The translations under genes and the position numbers were made by a program. Shown here piece after piece: positions 53,601 through 63,418 of a DNA stretch of 64,000 bases. The first letter of the stretch is position 1; every line of letters starts with the position of its first letter. The stretch spans positions 27,588 through 91,587 of the IMG/VR virus record IMGVR_UViG_3300037484_000235; one strand, given 5' to 3'. Origin of the DNA: a virus. The notes beneath the pieces are model-generated. The model did no database searches. It was given only the letters and a program-made list of their open reading frames with translations, and was not told the DNA's origin.

Positions 53601-54413
53601 GCGGCTGGCCTCTACGGTTTCACGAAGGAAGCTGAACGGGTCTGTGGGTCGGCCACGAACAAGCTCGCCAAGTTCACGGCGAAGCTCGCCAAGGACATCT
53701 ACTCGAAGGACGCCGAGACCCCAGGCTTTCTAGAGGAACACACGACACGCACTGCGTCCAAGGCCGCTCGGATGCTCCGTGCATCCATGGCTGACATCGG
53801 CCCAGGCAAACCCTCCAAGACCGCAGCCTACAATCCGTGGATCAAAGAGCTAGGTGGGACTACAGACTTTTCCTCCATCGAGGTAGGCAAGTCATTTTCG
53901 TTCCCCAAGAGCGAAGAGGTTCTCACGAAGATTAGCCCTCGGAAATACAGGGACTCCTCAGGCCACTCCTTTGCAACGGGTTCTGGAACATCCGTTGTCC
54001 AGATTAAGACCGCAGCCAAGAGCGGCAAGGGGCGCTATGGGTTCTCTGCGAAGACCGCCAAGCTAGCCCTTGAGGCTTGCCACGAAGTAGAGCACCAGGC
54101 GGGTGTGGTCGCAAGTGACCTGCACACGCGCATGGGTGCAAAGCACGCCAGCATCACGGGCTTCCTTAACAAGCACGCGAAGCGCGCTAAGTGTGGTTGG
54201 AGCGACATGATCCTCGAAGCGTATCCGACTCCGGATGAGGCTGAGGTTCTGGCTTCGAAGTCTGCATCCCTAGAGAGCTACAAGATCCACCCAACGGTGG
54301 ATGAGATTCTCTCGTGGGACGGTAAGGGTGGACGCCTGGCCGCTTCGTTCCTTGCTTCTGAGGAAGAGGGGTCCGAGGATAAGCCTGAGAACGAGGATGA
54401 CAATCTAGCCTGA
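50631..54413 (+). CDS. 1260-aa modular, internally repeated protein (probable internal virion protein)
   Basis: Duplicated 38-aa module, YGF...GFLxxH repeat pair, many [KR]-x-A junctions. Confidence 0.75.
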   Translation: MPTAGKRERRQMKDREMSRTIKYGPPSHEGPSEDQSAISGVGWRERKEQGQAGMAGAGRGGRHKSPLDYQRNPKHRDQAEERYADVGSPLSTRRDYGEKTARAPKTMEDFAGHISVLVGGIKDLQRATKRLKPQLLELSQSVDFLPDMLGSAPTMSGDMFGKELDLISRSTEEIENFIDEAQRSAALLERVLTSDRNLRLAATEVPPGLKKGDYIEVIVWDRKDADADRAGNVHSTYRVVRIEGPKILGVDFEGHKAFIDVGDRNVKSVHVLDDDAVHKFGGAATLTIVDGHLEKLMITASDFEDALKESKFEEGKPADPTKNMSKEDAAEWKRQTEEHKDEFKTAGVPEDHQLKILKDTVKNPMKGKFLGGPSAEEAEKTLREKFHFTDKQITTLKKASVGKIASVTVGAIASLVAEELGAFSSAIKKTEDTLETIKDSDTDWKIWGKNSEGEDFEATLTVTGNGYYSLYVSTQLGSRMGFYIIGPHERDPSKINGALRGYTDLTWDMQGSTRPRLASIKDYEVALRVASPGDSKESKFEEGKPADPTENMSKEDAAEWKRQNEEHKDEFKTAKATYVDPSIVGAKRVVDEARKELDLLWSKGPIVSGSPEANKAKDAYRKFEEASRDLMDTYKSLQNWRSATLSVDDYAESLREAKFPKDKSMTVDEVSEVVGPEFKEMNEDPPESVKKLQKEMQGKSASEKIAFHSKPAIKAIRDYYLEAMSKPLQESLGKALSELYSGPGSAGDDEDGWTYSKALRDLGRWWDSVGTTLYYDTQSGLVEESLPTAYQDGDEMVEPMLEDYMEFSERDGAKAIFGALITDGGMRLGSQKASRSSDVSKREWQRALKTDEDMLVSLNANIKKLESGETVENLTLENAKLIKGGLEQVIENKKNLIKKFANLSDETTDKTAEWKGWDEDMPVQVASEHGSEVFENLADARRKYPELDPKKGGGGFHWAMRGEVKGRPAIRFESHGLYRAISRDASVHEAAAGLYGFTKEAERVCGSATNKLAKFTAKLAKDIYSKDAETPGFLEEHTTRTASKAARMLRASMADIGPGKPSKTAAYNPWIKELGGTTDFSSIEVGKSFSFPKSEEVLTKISPRKYRDSSGHSFATGSGTSVVQIKTAAKSGKGRYGFSAKTAKLALEACHEVEHQAGVVASDLHTRMGAKHASITGFLNKHAKRAKCGWSDMILEAYPTPDEAEVLASKSASLESYKIHPTVDEILSWDGKGGRLAASFLASEEEGSEDKPENEDDNLA
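51555..52352 (+). repeat. 114-bp dispersed direct repeat (51555-51668 and 52239-52352)
   Basis: ESKFEEGKPADPT[KE]NMSKEDAAEWKRQ[TN]EEHKDEFKTA twice. Confidence 0.9.
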
Positions 54414-56817
54414 TCCGTCAGGTTTATTGTTCTCGTCCGTGTGCTTCTTGATTGCTGCTAGCACGACCTTCCTCAGGTCGGGCCCGGAACGCAGGTGGCA
54501 GTTGCACTTTTGTCCCCCGCGGGTGCCACACCATTCTCCGTGCGGCACCCCCTCACGAGCCGCCGCAAAGACGGCCCGTGCTATAGCCATCTCGTAACGC
54601 AGAGGCAGCTCTGGCTTCTCGGGCTTGGGGGGAAGCATCGGCGTATCCCTCGTGTCCAGATTGATCTCCCGAAGCCGATCGAAGAAGATCACGAGAGACT
54701 GGGCTAGGGTATGCCTCAAGTCCATGGGGGTGTTAGGATCAAATCCTCCCCCCATCTCCATACGATGCATGACCTTGCGGTACGTCTTGTCGCCCTTGTA
54801 AGTCATGATCTCTTTGCTCACCTTGGTAACGGGTGGGCAAAGAGAGATTACATGATTTGCTTCTTACAAGGAATTGGGGTGCTGGGCGTTGTACGTCTCA
54901 CTCTCCAGCTTCGAGATGCGTGCCCGATTCATCTCGGAGTTGATTCCCCCGCCGTACCAGGTATCGAGGAACTTGTAGAGGTACGTGAAGCCCTTGTCCT
55001 CTCGTTCGTCCCCCGAATAGAACGGGATGAGCTTGAGGCCCGCCGCCTTTGCCTTGATGATCTCGTCGAGGCGTGCGAGGCGCTCTTCCATCGAGTTCTT
55101 GTTGCTCTTGAGGAACGCGATGACCTTGGCCCGCTCGTCCTTGCGCTTCTTGATTCCGGCCTGTCGATCCGCTTCGGCCTTCTCACGGGCTTTGTGCTCC
55201 ACTCGGATCTCCTGCTCCATGGAATCGGGGTCGATTCCTGCGGCTAGGATCAGGTTGTGGATGAGGGCGTGGAAGGAACGCGCTGTGCCCTTGTCTCCGA
55301 AGAGGGGGTAGCTCCACGCCTGGCTTCCGAAGAATGGACGCCGGAGGCGTCTCTCTGCTGTATCCCCCTTCTGGATCCACTGGTTCTTGCGACCAGCCTT
55401 CATGAACTCCTTCGTCAGTCCCTCAGTGGCGAGCCCGCAGTCGGGCACCCACGCGAGAAGCGCACGGGCCGCCTTGCGTGTCTCATTGTGGCAGGCATGA
55501 CTGACCACGTCACCGCAGTCCGGACAGATTACACGTACGCCGTTGCTCATCGCTTCTTCTCCTTGAACTTGTACTTGGTCAGGGTGACCTTGTGGATGCT
55601 GATAGTTCGGTTCTTTTCCGACCATTTGAGTACGGCCGACGCGTCCTTGCCCCTCTTGGGCAAGAGAACCCCCAACTCACTTTCCCCCGGGTCATTCCAG
55701 AAGATGCAAGTGTCCCCTACAGGTTCATCGAGCGTGAAAGAGGAAACTCCGTCCACCGAGTAGTACCCCTCACCCAGTTCCTTGACCCGGACCCAGACAA
55801 GATCCGTCTTCGGGAGTGCCTTGAGCTGACCCACGGTCATCACTCGTCCGCACGAGGAATAGGGCTCCCCTTCGACGAAGTACTGATTGATGTTGGGGGA
55901 TGGGACGCGATGGTAGAGCCGTCGGAACCCACGCCACTGCCCAAGCCACTTCTCGGCTTCGCTTGCTTGCTCGTAGCGGCGTGACGTGTCCACCTCACAC
56001 ACTGGCTTACCCATTCGCACGAGAGTCACCGTGAGCTTGAGCCCATTGCGACCCTTGCCGGGCCAGCGCAGGCGTGATCCTGAGATGTCAGAATCAGTGT
56101 TCGACCAACTCGACTTGACCTCAGCCCGAAGGCCGAGTTCAGGGTGTGCGTTGATGTCCGCTGCAATGGCCTTAAGGGAGCGTTTTGTGGTGGCCAGCAT
56201 CCTAGAGCCCCTTCCGAGAAATCCCGAATCGCCAGGTAGGCCAGAACAGGTCGAAATTGGGGAGCGCCTCCACTAGCTCGTGGTGAATCTTGAGCGCCTT
56301 GACACGATCTCGACTGGTTCCCTTCAGGAACGCCGTAGCCCGCCGAAGGAGCTTCTCGGTTGTGCTGCCTGTCGGCTTACACTTCTGCCGAGCTAGCTTC
56401 TCGATTATCTCGGCCTCTTCCGCGTTCAGCTGATCTCGCTTCATTTTGAGGAGATCCAGATCCGTCTTCAGTTCCAGACGCCTACGACACCGGTCACACA
56501 CGCCACAGGAATGGGTCTTTGCCGTCTTGGTCGTCATCAGAGGGCTTCCTTCAGGCAACCACACCGGATATGGTGGTGAAACACTCGGTCGATGGCACGA
56601 ATCGAGATCGCGCGTGGGACAGCGTAGGTCGTACCCACTGAAAACCATCTGGTCGGACTTCCTGAAGTCCAACGTGTCCAGCGGGTTCACTGACGAGTCG
56701 TGCCTCTTCGATGACCGGATCTCCGTTCTCGATTCGGGTCACGCAGTAGTTCCGACGGTCGTGCCCTGCAAAGAGGTGTCCTACCAGACTGGGGATCTTG
56801 TTGGTGATGGGTGCCAT
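54405..56817 (-). other. Hypothetical CDSs 54405-54821, 54864-55550, 55547-56200, 56202-~56537, 56551-56817
   Basis: Tiled minus-strand ORFs downstream of promoter copies. Confidence 0.6.
54826..54855 (-). promoter_or_regulatory. ECF-like phage promoter
   Basis: TCATGTAA-N16-CGTTAC-CAAGGTGAG. Confidence 0.7.
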
Positions 56818-56840
56818 TTTGGTATCAGCCTTCTGCTGGT

Positions 56841-56870
56841 GTAACGGGTGAATCCAGGAGGATTACACCA
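56841..56870 (-). promoter_or_regulatory. ECF-like phage promoter
   Basis: TGGTGTAA-N16-CGTTAC upstream of ATG 56817. Confidence 0.65.
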
Positions 56871-57035
56871 TTGGGGATCAACTTTTCCAGAAAGGATCCA
56901 TGGCCGCATAGTCTGCCGCCTTCTTCGCGGCTCGTGCCCGGCACATCTTCAAGTCCTTGCAGAGGATGCGCGCACCCACATAGAACTTGACCTTGCGGGC
57001 ATCGAAGTGGGTGTACCCACACAGGTAGCAGCGGT

Positions 57036-57662
57036 TCATCGACGGCTCCGCGCCCAGGGGTCCCTCTTCTCACGAGCCTTATGGTACTCGCACTGAGAAC
57101 GAGACCAGCTACCCTTCCAGTTTGCACGACGTCCAAACCGACGGCTGAGGGTCTTCATCTCCGCGAGATTGTCAGTGCAAATGTTATCCCAAATGTCGAA
57201 CCAAGCCGTGTCCCACTTCTCCCCCTTGGGTGGGGTCCACGAGAGAATGTCCGCCTGGATGATCGTGACCCGGCCCGGGAACTTCTCCGTGAGCCAAGGG
57301 CCCGTCAGTGCGATCACATCGCTCGAAAGCTCGATGATCGTGACGTGGGTGACCTCTGGCTTGTTGAGCATCGCCTGAGCAACCATGCCGATTCCGAGTC
57401 CCGCCACGAGACAGCGACCCCGGGCCTGACGGATGGCTTCCCGGTGGTCTCGAATCTCGTCCGGAGTATCACTCATGACCGTGGTGCCACCCCGCGAGAG
57501 CATCGTGTAGGTGCCCTCCGGCACCCCACGCCCGCCCCCACCGAAGACAGCCCGAAGGCGTTCCATCTCTGCGTCCTTGGGGGAAACGGTGAAGCGCTGG
57601 ATGCTCCACGGACCGGACTTGCCTTCCGGAACGTCGACTTGGTATCTGCTTGCTGTGTTCAT
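57036..57662 (-). CDS. Class I SAM-dependent methyltransferase (spermidine-synthase-like)
   Basis: VMSDTPDE, LVAGLGIG, IIE, ADI, WFDIW. Confidence 0.75.
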   Translation of the reverse strand: MNTASRYQVDVPEGKSGPWSIQRFTVSPKDAEMERLRAVFGGGGRGVPEGTYTMLSRGGTTVMSDTPDEIRDHREAIRQARGRCLVAGLGIGMVAQAMLNKPEVTHVTIIELSSDVIALTGPWLTEKFPGRVTIIQADILSWTPPKGEKWDTAWFDIWDNICTDNLAEMKTLSRRFGRRANWKGSWSRSQCEYHKAREKRDPWARSRR

Positions 57663-57679
57663 TGGTCTTCCTCACTTTT

Positions 57680-57757
57680 GAAACGAATGGGACCCCAAGG
57701 TTTACACGATCGGGCGTAACAATCGGATCGTGTAAATGGTGGAGGGTCACTCGTTAT
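57680..57757. promoter_or_regulatory. Back-to-back divergent ECF-like promoters
   Basis: Minus TCGTGTAA-N16-CGTTTC (57680-57709); plus TCGTGTAA-N16-CGTTAT (57728-57757), then GTGAG and ATG 57776. Confidence 0.75.
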
Positions 57758-57775
57758 ACTAGTGAGAAATCGACC

Positions 57776-59180
57776 ATGGACCCCAAGAACACCGCCAAGC
57801 ATGAATCCCAGCACGCCAAGCAGATTGCTCTTCGTGAGCTGAAGGCTGCGAAGAACATACTCGGCACGGGCTGGAACCACGTCTCGGATGACGTTCGGTG
57901 GGGCCTTCTCTGTGCTGGCATCCTGGGCGTGATCGTCGGGCAGCATGCCATCGACAATGAAAATGCAACTCCCGGAGAGCTTGCTGCTGTGGCCATCTAC
58001 GCGCACGAGCTTTGGAAGGCTGCCTACACCATTCGCGAAAACGGGTGGCGGTGATGAGCCGCTTTGGGGAAGTCCGACGGAGTCATTACGCGGACGCTAG
58101 CGGGAAGCCCGTGTGTGCACCTGTCTTAGAGGGTCCCCACGCATGCGTTTCAGACCCGGTGTTGGTGAACTGCGCCCACTGCAAGCGTTGGCTGAAGGGG
58201 TACAAGGGTCCGGGGTGCATTGCAACCGTCGAGTCCGATGAGGGAGTCCCCAGCTACAGCATGCAGCGCATTCGAGTCACCCGTGCGAAGCGCTGTGACC
58301 GGAAGGCCACCAAGAAGATCGGTCACCTGGACCTGTGCACGGTCCACGCGAGAATGGCGCGTGAGGGATTCGTAGACGAGTTGGGCGGGGTGTCCTCGTC
58401 CAGTGACATCGCAAATGCCCGGAAGTACCCCAGGAATTTCCCCGGTGGGTTCAACAACTGGCACACCAAGTACCCGGAAAAGGACGACTGAATGGCCAAG
58501 ACCAAGATCTACACCGTCCGCAAGCTGAATCCACAACTTCTGGCACTTGCCGTCGAAGCGTACCGCCTCGCCGTCCAGTACGACCGTAGAAACGAACTCA
58601 AGTGGGAGACCCGTGGTGCCGAACTGCGAAAGGCAGACGAGTTCTCGCGCGTGCGGTGCGCGTGGGAGAACTCGTCTTTCTTGGGTGAGCGGATAGTGGC
58701 CAGGGCTTCGGACGTGCTCCTGGCCATCGTTCGAGCTGACCGGATCCTGCCGGGACAGAATCCGTTTGATCTCCAGTTCTTCGACAAGAGCAAAGACAGA
58801 GACTTCCTGCGTGCACGCAAGGCTGTCGACGCGACCGTTTTAGCCTTCGGAGGGTTGCGATGAGTGGTTGCCTCTGGTGTGACGATCCTACCGAAGGCCA
58901 CAAGCTCTGCGAACCCTGCCGGGCAGTCAATGAGCACCCCCCGTTTCACTGCCACAAGCCCCAGCATGCCGTGCCAACTCTAGGACCGTCTTGTGCCCAG
59001 TGTGACTCGGAGAAGGCCCGGGAAGAGGCTCGTAGAGAGCGGAACGCACCCATGATAGCTCAGCTTCTCCAGATTCGAGCGGGTCTGATCCAGGACTGGA
59101 ACAAGCCGTGGCCCGGGATGAACTTCGCGAAGGGAATGCTTGGTCAAAGCATCGACGCGGTTCTGGCTGAACTGAGTTAG
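57776..59180 (+). other. Plus-strand operon of four hypothetical CDSs (57776-58054, ~58054-58491, 58492-58863, 58860-59180)
   Basis: Coupled ORFs following the plus-strand promoter. Confidence 0.6.
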
Positions 59181-60928
59181 GCTTTGACGACGCCTGTTGT
59201 GACCATCCACCAATGAAACGCAAGAGCCTGACGGGAAGGGAGCAAGACTCTCATTTCCGTCGAGCGCTTGTTGCCTGAGGTGCGAAACGCGAGGACAACA
59301 AGCTCTTTTCTGTTTGGGTCAAAGTTAGTGGTCTCTGTTGGCGTGTCCATGTTCATGGACACGTTACGCTTATCGGCTGGTGGAATCCAGTGCGACATAT
59401 CACCTAGGGTAACCTAGGATCTGCCGCAGCGCTAGTGGTGCCTCATCTGTTGTCACGCGTATTGGCCACCACCCATGATACATTTGGATGTTGTGATGAA
59501 CAACACCCCCTCGGTGAGGCCCATCGATGCTGGCACCTTCTGGTGTTACGGTCAGTCCTCGTCTTCTGGTTCCATCGCCAGGTTTTTCTTCCACCATCCT
59601 GGACGCCCATTGTCTCTGAGCCTGCCACACGCCTCGTCCAACATGCCTACAGAACCGTGCTCCCATTGGCGGACCACCTCTGCGGCGTCTTCCAGAAGGG
59701 ACTCGTAATTGGCCTTCAAGTTGTCGCTGGTCACGGATCCTCGCTAAGCAAGAGAGATTCCATAGCCTCATCCATAGCCTTATCGAAAGCCATCTCGTAA
59801 CGCCTGTGGATTACTAAGTCCTCAGCATCCATCTCTGCAAGCGTGTCTACACCACCATCCAACAGCGTACCGACAAGAGAGTCTATGGTAGTCTTGATTT
59901 CCTCAAGGGTTAATGCTGTTTTAACGGTGGACACTGGAGAGCTTGTACCATGTTTTGCTTCCCACTCCAAGACGTATCCCAGACACTTGGGGCAGTTGGG
60001 GCGCCTCTTGGTGAGCCCCCGCTTGAAGTTCGCCCAGATTGTGCAGAGTGTCCACGCACCCCCATCTAGAAGTGAGGGGGGTGGTGAAAACTGACCTTGT
60101 ATCAGGTGCCAAACGTCCCCAACAAGGACGCAGTGGTACCCATCGCTGAAGAGCTTCTTCGGTGGGTCAGTAGCCATCTTTGAACCATCCCCCACCCCTG
60201 AGAACGAATGACGGGGCCCCTGAGATCAGGCGGCGCACCTCTCCCTTGCACCCCTTCTTCCGGCACTTCTTCAGCGGGGGGTCTGAGATTTTCTGGTCTG
60301 CCTCAAAGGTCTTTTTGCACTTCGAGCACGCATAATCATAGAGAGGCACTAGTTCGCTCCGCCTTATCCACCCACCAGCGAATGTTCTGTTCGGCCTCAA
60401 CCCTAGAAACACTCCTAGCACACCACGGCAGTGAGAGCTGGGAGTCTTCCGGAAGGCTCTTGCCCCGAGTGGCATCTACCACCAAAGCGTGAATCCCGTC
60501 GTGTGGGTCTTGGGACCACTCGCTCGGATGATCCTCCGCCCAGTACTCAGCATCCTTTGAGCTTTTCGCGACTACAAAAACCCGATAGTTGATCTCGACT
60601 TCGTAGAGCTTGTGGCCGTTGTCTTCCATTTGGACCCCAGCTCTCAGTTCAGGTTCTCGATGCGAACGGACTCTACCGCTTCCTGAACGCACTTCTCCAG
60701 ATACTCAATGGCGCCGATCTCAGGCCAACCGCCTTCAAGAGCACGGTGCATACTTGCAGTGTAGTTCACTCGTCCATCCCACTTTTGACCACGAATCTGG
60801 TCCTTCATGTAAGCAACTAGCTTCTCACGTTCCTCAAAGCCAATGCTCACGTCAAGAAGCTTTCTCTTCTGACCGAGTTTCTGAGTCCTAAGCTTGAGCT
60901 TTCCGTCTTCAATGTAGGCGTAGAGCAT
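59177..60928 (-). other. Small hypothetical CDSs (59177-59398, 59552-59734, 59731-~60177, 60336-60629, 60644-60928)
   Basis: Minus-strand tiling. Confidence 0.55.
60167..60349 (-). CDS. FmdB-family zinc-ribbon protein
   Basis: (M)PLYDYACSKC..TFE...C..C...RRLISGAPSFVLRGGGWFKDGY. Confidence 0.8.
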   Translation of the reverse strand: MPLYDYACSKCKKTFEADQKISDPPLKKCRKKGCKGEVRRLISGAPSFVLRGGGWFKDGY

Positions 60929-61002
60929 GGTGCGTCAACCTCCCATACACTGTGCGGGGTATGCCACCATCATCGCGGGACACGGCCGAAAGTTGCTTTT
61001 CA

Positions 61003-61833
61003 TCAGATGGCAATTGGGAAGGAAATCGCCGGATGGGGGTCATACCCCACGAGCTTGGAATCGTCGTGCTTCCATAGAAAGATGGAGTTCGACGGCGCTA
61101 CTGTCTCCAATGTCGGGAGCTGAAGCGATTCCCTAGAGAGCTGTTCTACAGCCCCCTCCATCTGATTGACGTAGATATGGGTGTCAGCCAGGAAGCCAAT
61201 GAGCTTCCCCTCTAAAAGGCCACAGTGTCTCGCGATGAGGTGCAGCAAAAGAGCATACGACGCGATGTTGAACGGTAGGCCAAGCATGGTGTCGACAGAT
61301 CGCTGAGACCACAGCAGGTCCAGTTTTCCATTGTTCACCAGAAGCTGGAACGCGAAGTGACATGGTGGTAGGGCCATTGCCGGTATGTCCGTTGGATTCC
61401 ATGCAGAACAGATGAGCCTGCGGTTCTTCGGATCGTCCTGGCAAAGGCGCAGGATGTTTGCAAGCTGGTCAATCCCGTTGAAGCTGCGCCACTGTGCACC
61501 ATAAATGGGGCCCAGGTCTGGTTCGTTGCGCATCGCAAGGAAGGACTCCGAAGAGTGACCGTAAGGCACTTTGGCGGGGGAGCACCACTCGTCCCAGATG
61601 GTACACTTGCGCTCCTGATACCATCTCTTGTCTGTGACCCCGTTGATGAAACCCTCAAGCTCAACTTTTACGGATCGGAACGGGACCCTCTTCGTAGTCA
61701 ACAGGGGGAATCCGTTCCCCATGTCGTGCTCAAAGAGAACCCCAGACAGCGAGCGGGTGTCAACCCCCGTGCGGTTGGGTTTTAGTTGCCCCTCACGGAT
61801 GATGCGCCGCACTATGGTCTGATAGGAATGCAT
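61003..61833 (-). CDS. thyA: Thymidylate synthase
   Basis: NRTG, FPLLTTK, LGPIYGAQWR, MALPPCH, QRSVD...GLPFN, DTHIY. Confidence 0.95.
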   Translation of the reverse strand: MHSYQTIVRRIIREGQLKPNRTGVDTRSLSGVLFEHDMGNGFPLLTTKRVPFRSVKVELEGFINGVTDKRWYQERKCTIWDEWCSPAKVPYGHSSESFLAMRNEPDLGPIYGAQWRSFNGIDQLANILRLCQDDPKNRRLICSAWNPTDIPAMALPPCHFAFQLLVNNGKLDLLWSQRSVDTMLGLPFNIASYALLLHLIARHCGLLEGKLIGFLADTHIYVNQMEGAVEQLSRESLQLPTLETVAPSNSIFLWKHDDSKLVGYDPHPAISFPIAI

Positions 61834-61852
61834 GATCCTCTGTATTTCTCTC

Positions 61853-62356
61853 TTATAACTTCAAACCCATCGCACGCATCTTGAGGAGTGCCTCAGCATT
61901 CCCCCGGGCATCATCCAGAGGGTCATGCGTGTGCTTGGTTCCTCGAAGGTGCTTAAAGTTCTGACGGGTGTCATTCACCATCCCCTTGTAGAGGGATCCA
62001 AGATTTGTTGAGCTGAAACCAAATGGGCAGTGCCCCAAGAAGTGGTGAAAGTACCAGCAGACAAATTGCCAGTCAAATCCATTGTTGTCCGAGATGAACA
62101 TCGGTCGGGGGATTGTGGAGAGCCACTGGGAGAATGCCTCCATCCCATCTGTGGCAAATGGGAACTCAAGCGTCTCTTCCCTGGAATGTCCGCTGATGGC
62201 TAGTGCCTCGGGAATCCACCTTTCGGAGATTGGTCGGAACCGAGCGGCAAAGGTCCGGTTGAGACCAGGCTCCACTACGATGGCCCCAAGGGAAATCATA
62301 GAGAAGTCCCCGGGGATCGGCCCATCGGTTTCCACGTCCACCATAACGTACGTCAT
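61853..62356 (-). CDS. DEDDh 3'-5' exonuclease
   Basis: VDVETDGP, NGFDWQF, HDPLDDA. Confidence 0.8.
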   Translation of the reverse strand: MTYVMVDVETDGPIPGDFSMISLGAIVVEPGLNRTFAARFRPISERWIPEALAISGHSREETLEFPFATDGMEAFSQWLSTIPRPMFISDNNGFDWQFVCWYFHHFLGHCPFGFSSTNLGSLYKGMVNDTRQNFKHLRGTKHTHDPLDDARGNAEALLKMRAMGLKL

Positions 62357-62797
62357 GGTGCCACCCACAGGTCGTGTGCCATTGCGTTAGCCCCACAGCG
62401 GGAACAGCTTGCACTGTCCGAAAGGTCAGTCGATTGGGTAGGTCCATCCCAGACGTGCTCGCATGTACCCTCCGGGCACTTGCACTGGCAAGTTCTTGAA
62501 GATGGCCCACAGAAGAACAATGAAATGGCAGACTCAGTGGTGTTCACTTGCGGCCTTTTTTCTCTGTGATGATAGTGATTGGAACCACCGTCTCGCACTC
62601 GATCTCACGGATGATCCGACCAAGAGCCCGTCGAAGTTCCTTGGCATCCTCAACAGAGATGTGGGCGACCCCAGTTTTCTCATTGGATGAAGCCAGAATC
62701 TTGACCAACCCCTTACCATTTCCTGAATGGCCGATTTCCGCAATACCCTCTTGCCAGGCAGATACTATCCTCACAGACCACCTCCGCGCTCGGTCCT

Positions 62798-63418
62798 TCA
62801 CTTGGACCCACCTGTCAGGGAGTCACCTGTGTGGAACAACGGCCAGCGAGATTCCCACCCGTAGTGATTGGACACCACCCGGTAGGCGTCCTTGAAGAGG
62901 ATCACAAGCTCAGAGATTCTCGTGTCCATCTGAGGGCCCTCTGCGGCCAAGACGACTTCAAGCGCTGCATCTGAGTAGCCACGGATGGCCTTGAGACCCC
63001 ATTTTGGTGGAGCGAGGAACAGGTCGAGGACATTTGATGTCTTGTCGGCGATCTTGATCGCCTGACCCTCGATGCCCATGCTTCGCATCTTGCCGAGCTG
63101 GAAGATGTGCTTCGCTTCCCGGTCTTTCTTGACGTCATCCGGAAGTGTGAGGTCGTGGACCAGCCCCGCTACGTGGACACCGAACTTGGTGTTGATCTGT
63201 TCGATTGTGACTCTGGTGTCCTCTACTGTGTCGTGTAGAAGAGCGGCAATCAATGTGCTCGGGTCATTGAATCCAGCCTGGGAGACCCGACTGGATACAT
63301 CGAAGCAGTGATTGACGTATGGGGTCCGAATCTCCCCACCACGGACCTGATCGAGGTGTGCGTTTGTTGCGAACTTCACAGCTTCCATGAGCTGTGGTAC
63401 TAGGATTTCTGGTTTCAT
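62798..63418 (-). CDS. HD-domain (p)ppGpp-hydrolase-like protein (Mesh1/small alarmone hydrolase)
   Basis: AHLDQVR...PYVNH, AALLHDTVEDT, IKIADKTSN. Confidence 0.85.
   Translation of the reverse strand: MKPEILVPQLMEAVKFATNAHLDQVRGGEIRTPYVNHCFDVSSRVSQAGFNDPSTLIAALLHDTVEDTRVTIEQINTKFGVHVAGLVHDLTLPDDVKKDREAKHIFQLGKMRSMGIEGQAIKIADKTSNVLDLFLAPPKWGLKAIRGYSDAALEVVLAAEGPQMDTRISELVILFKDAYRVVSNHYGWESRWPLFHTGDSLTGGSK

Noticed and set aside
3158..57757. GATTACACGAT repeats as a CRISPR array or integron attC sites
   Set aside because: The copies are dispersed at irregular gene-scale distances, bipartite with a fixed spacer and not palindromic, and there is no cas or integrase gene in the window.
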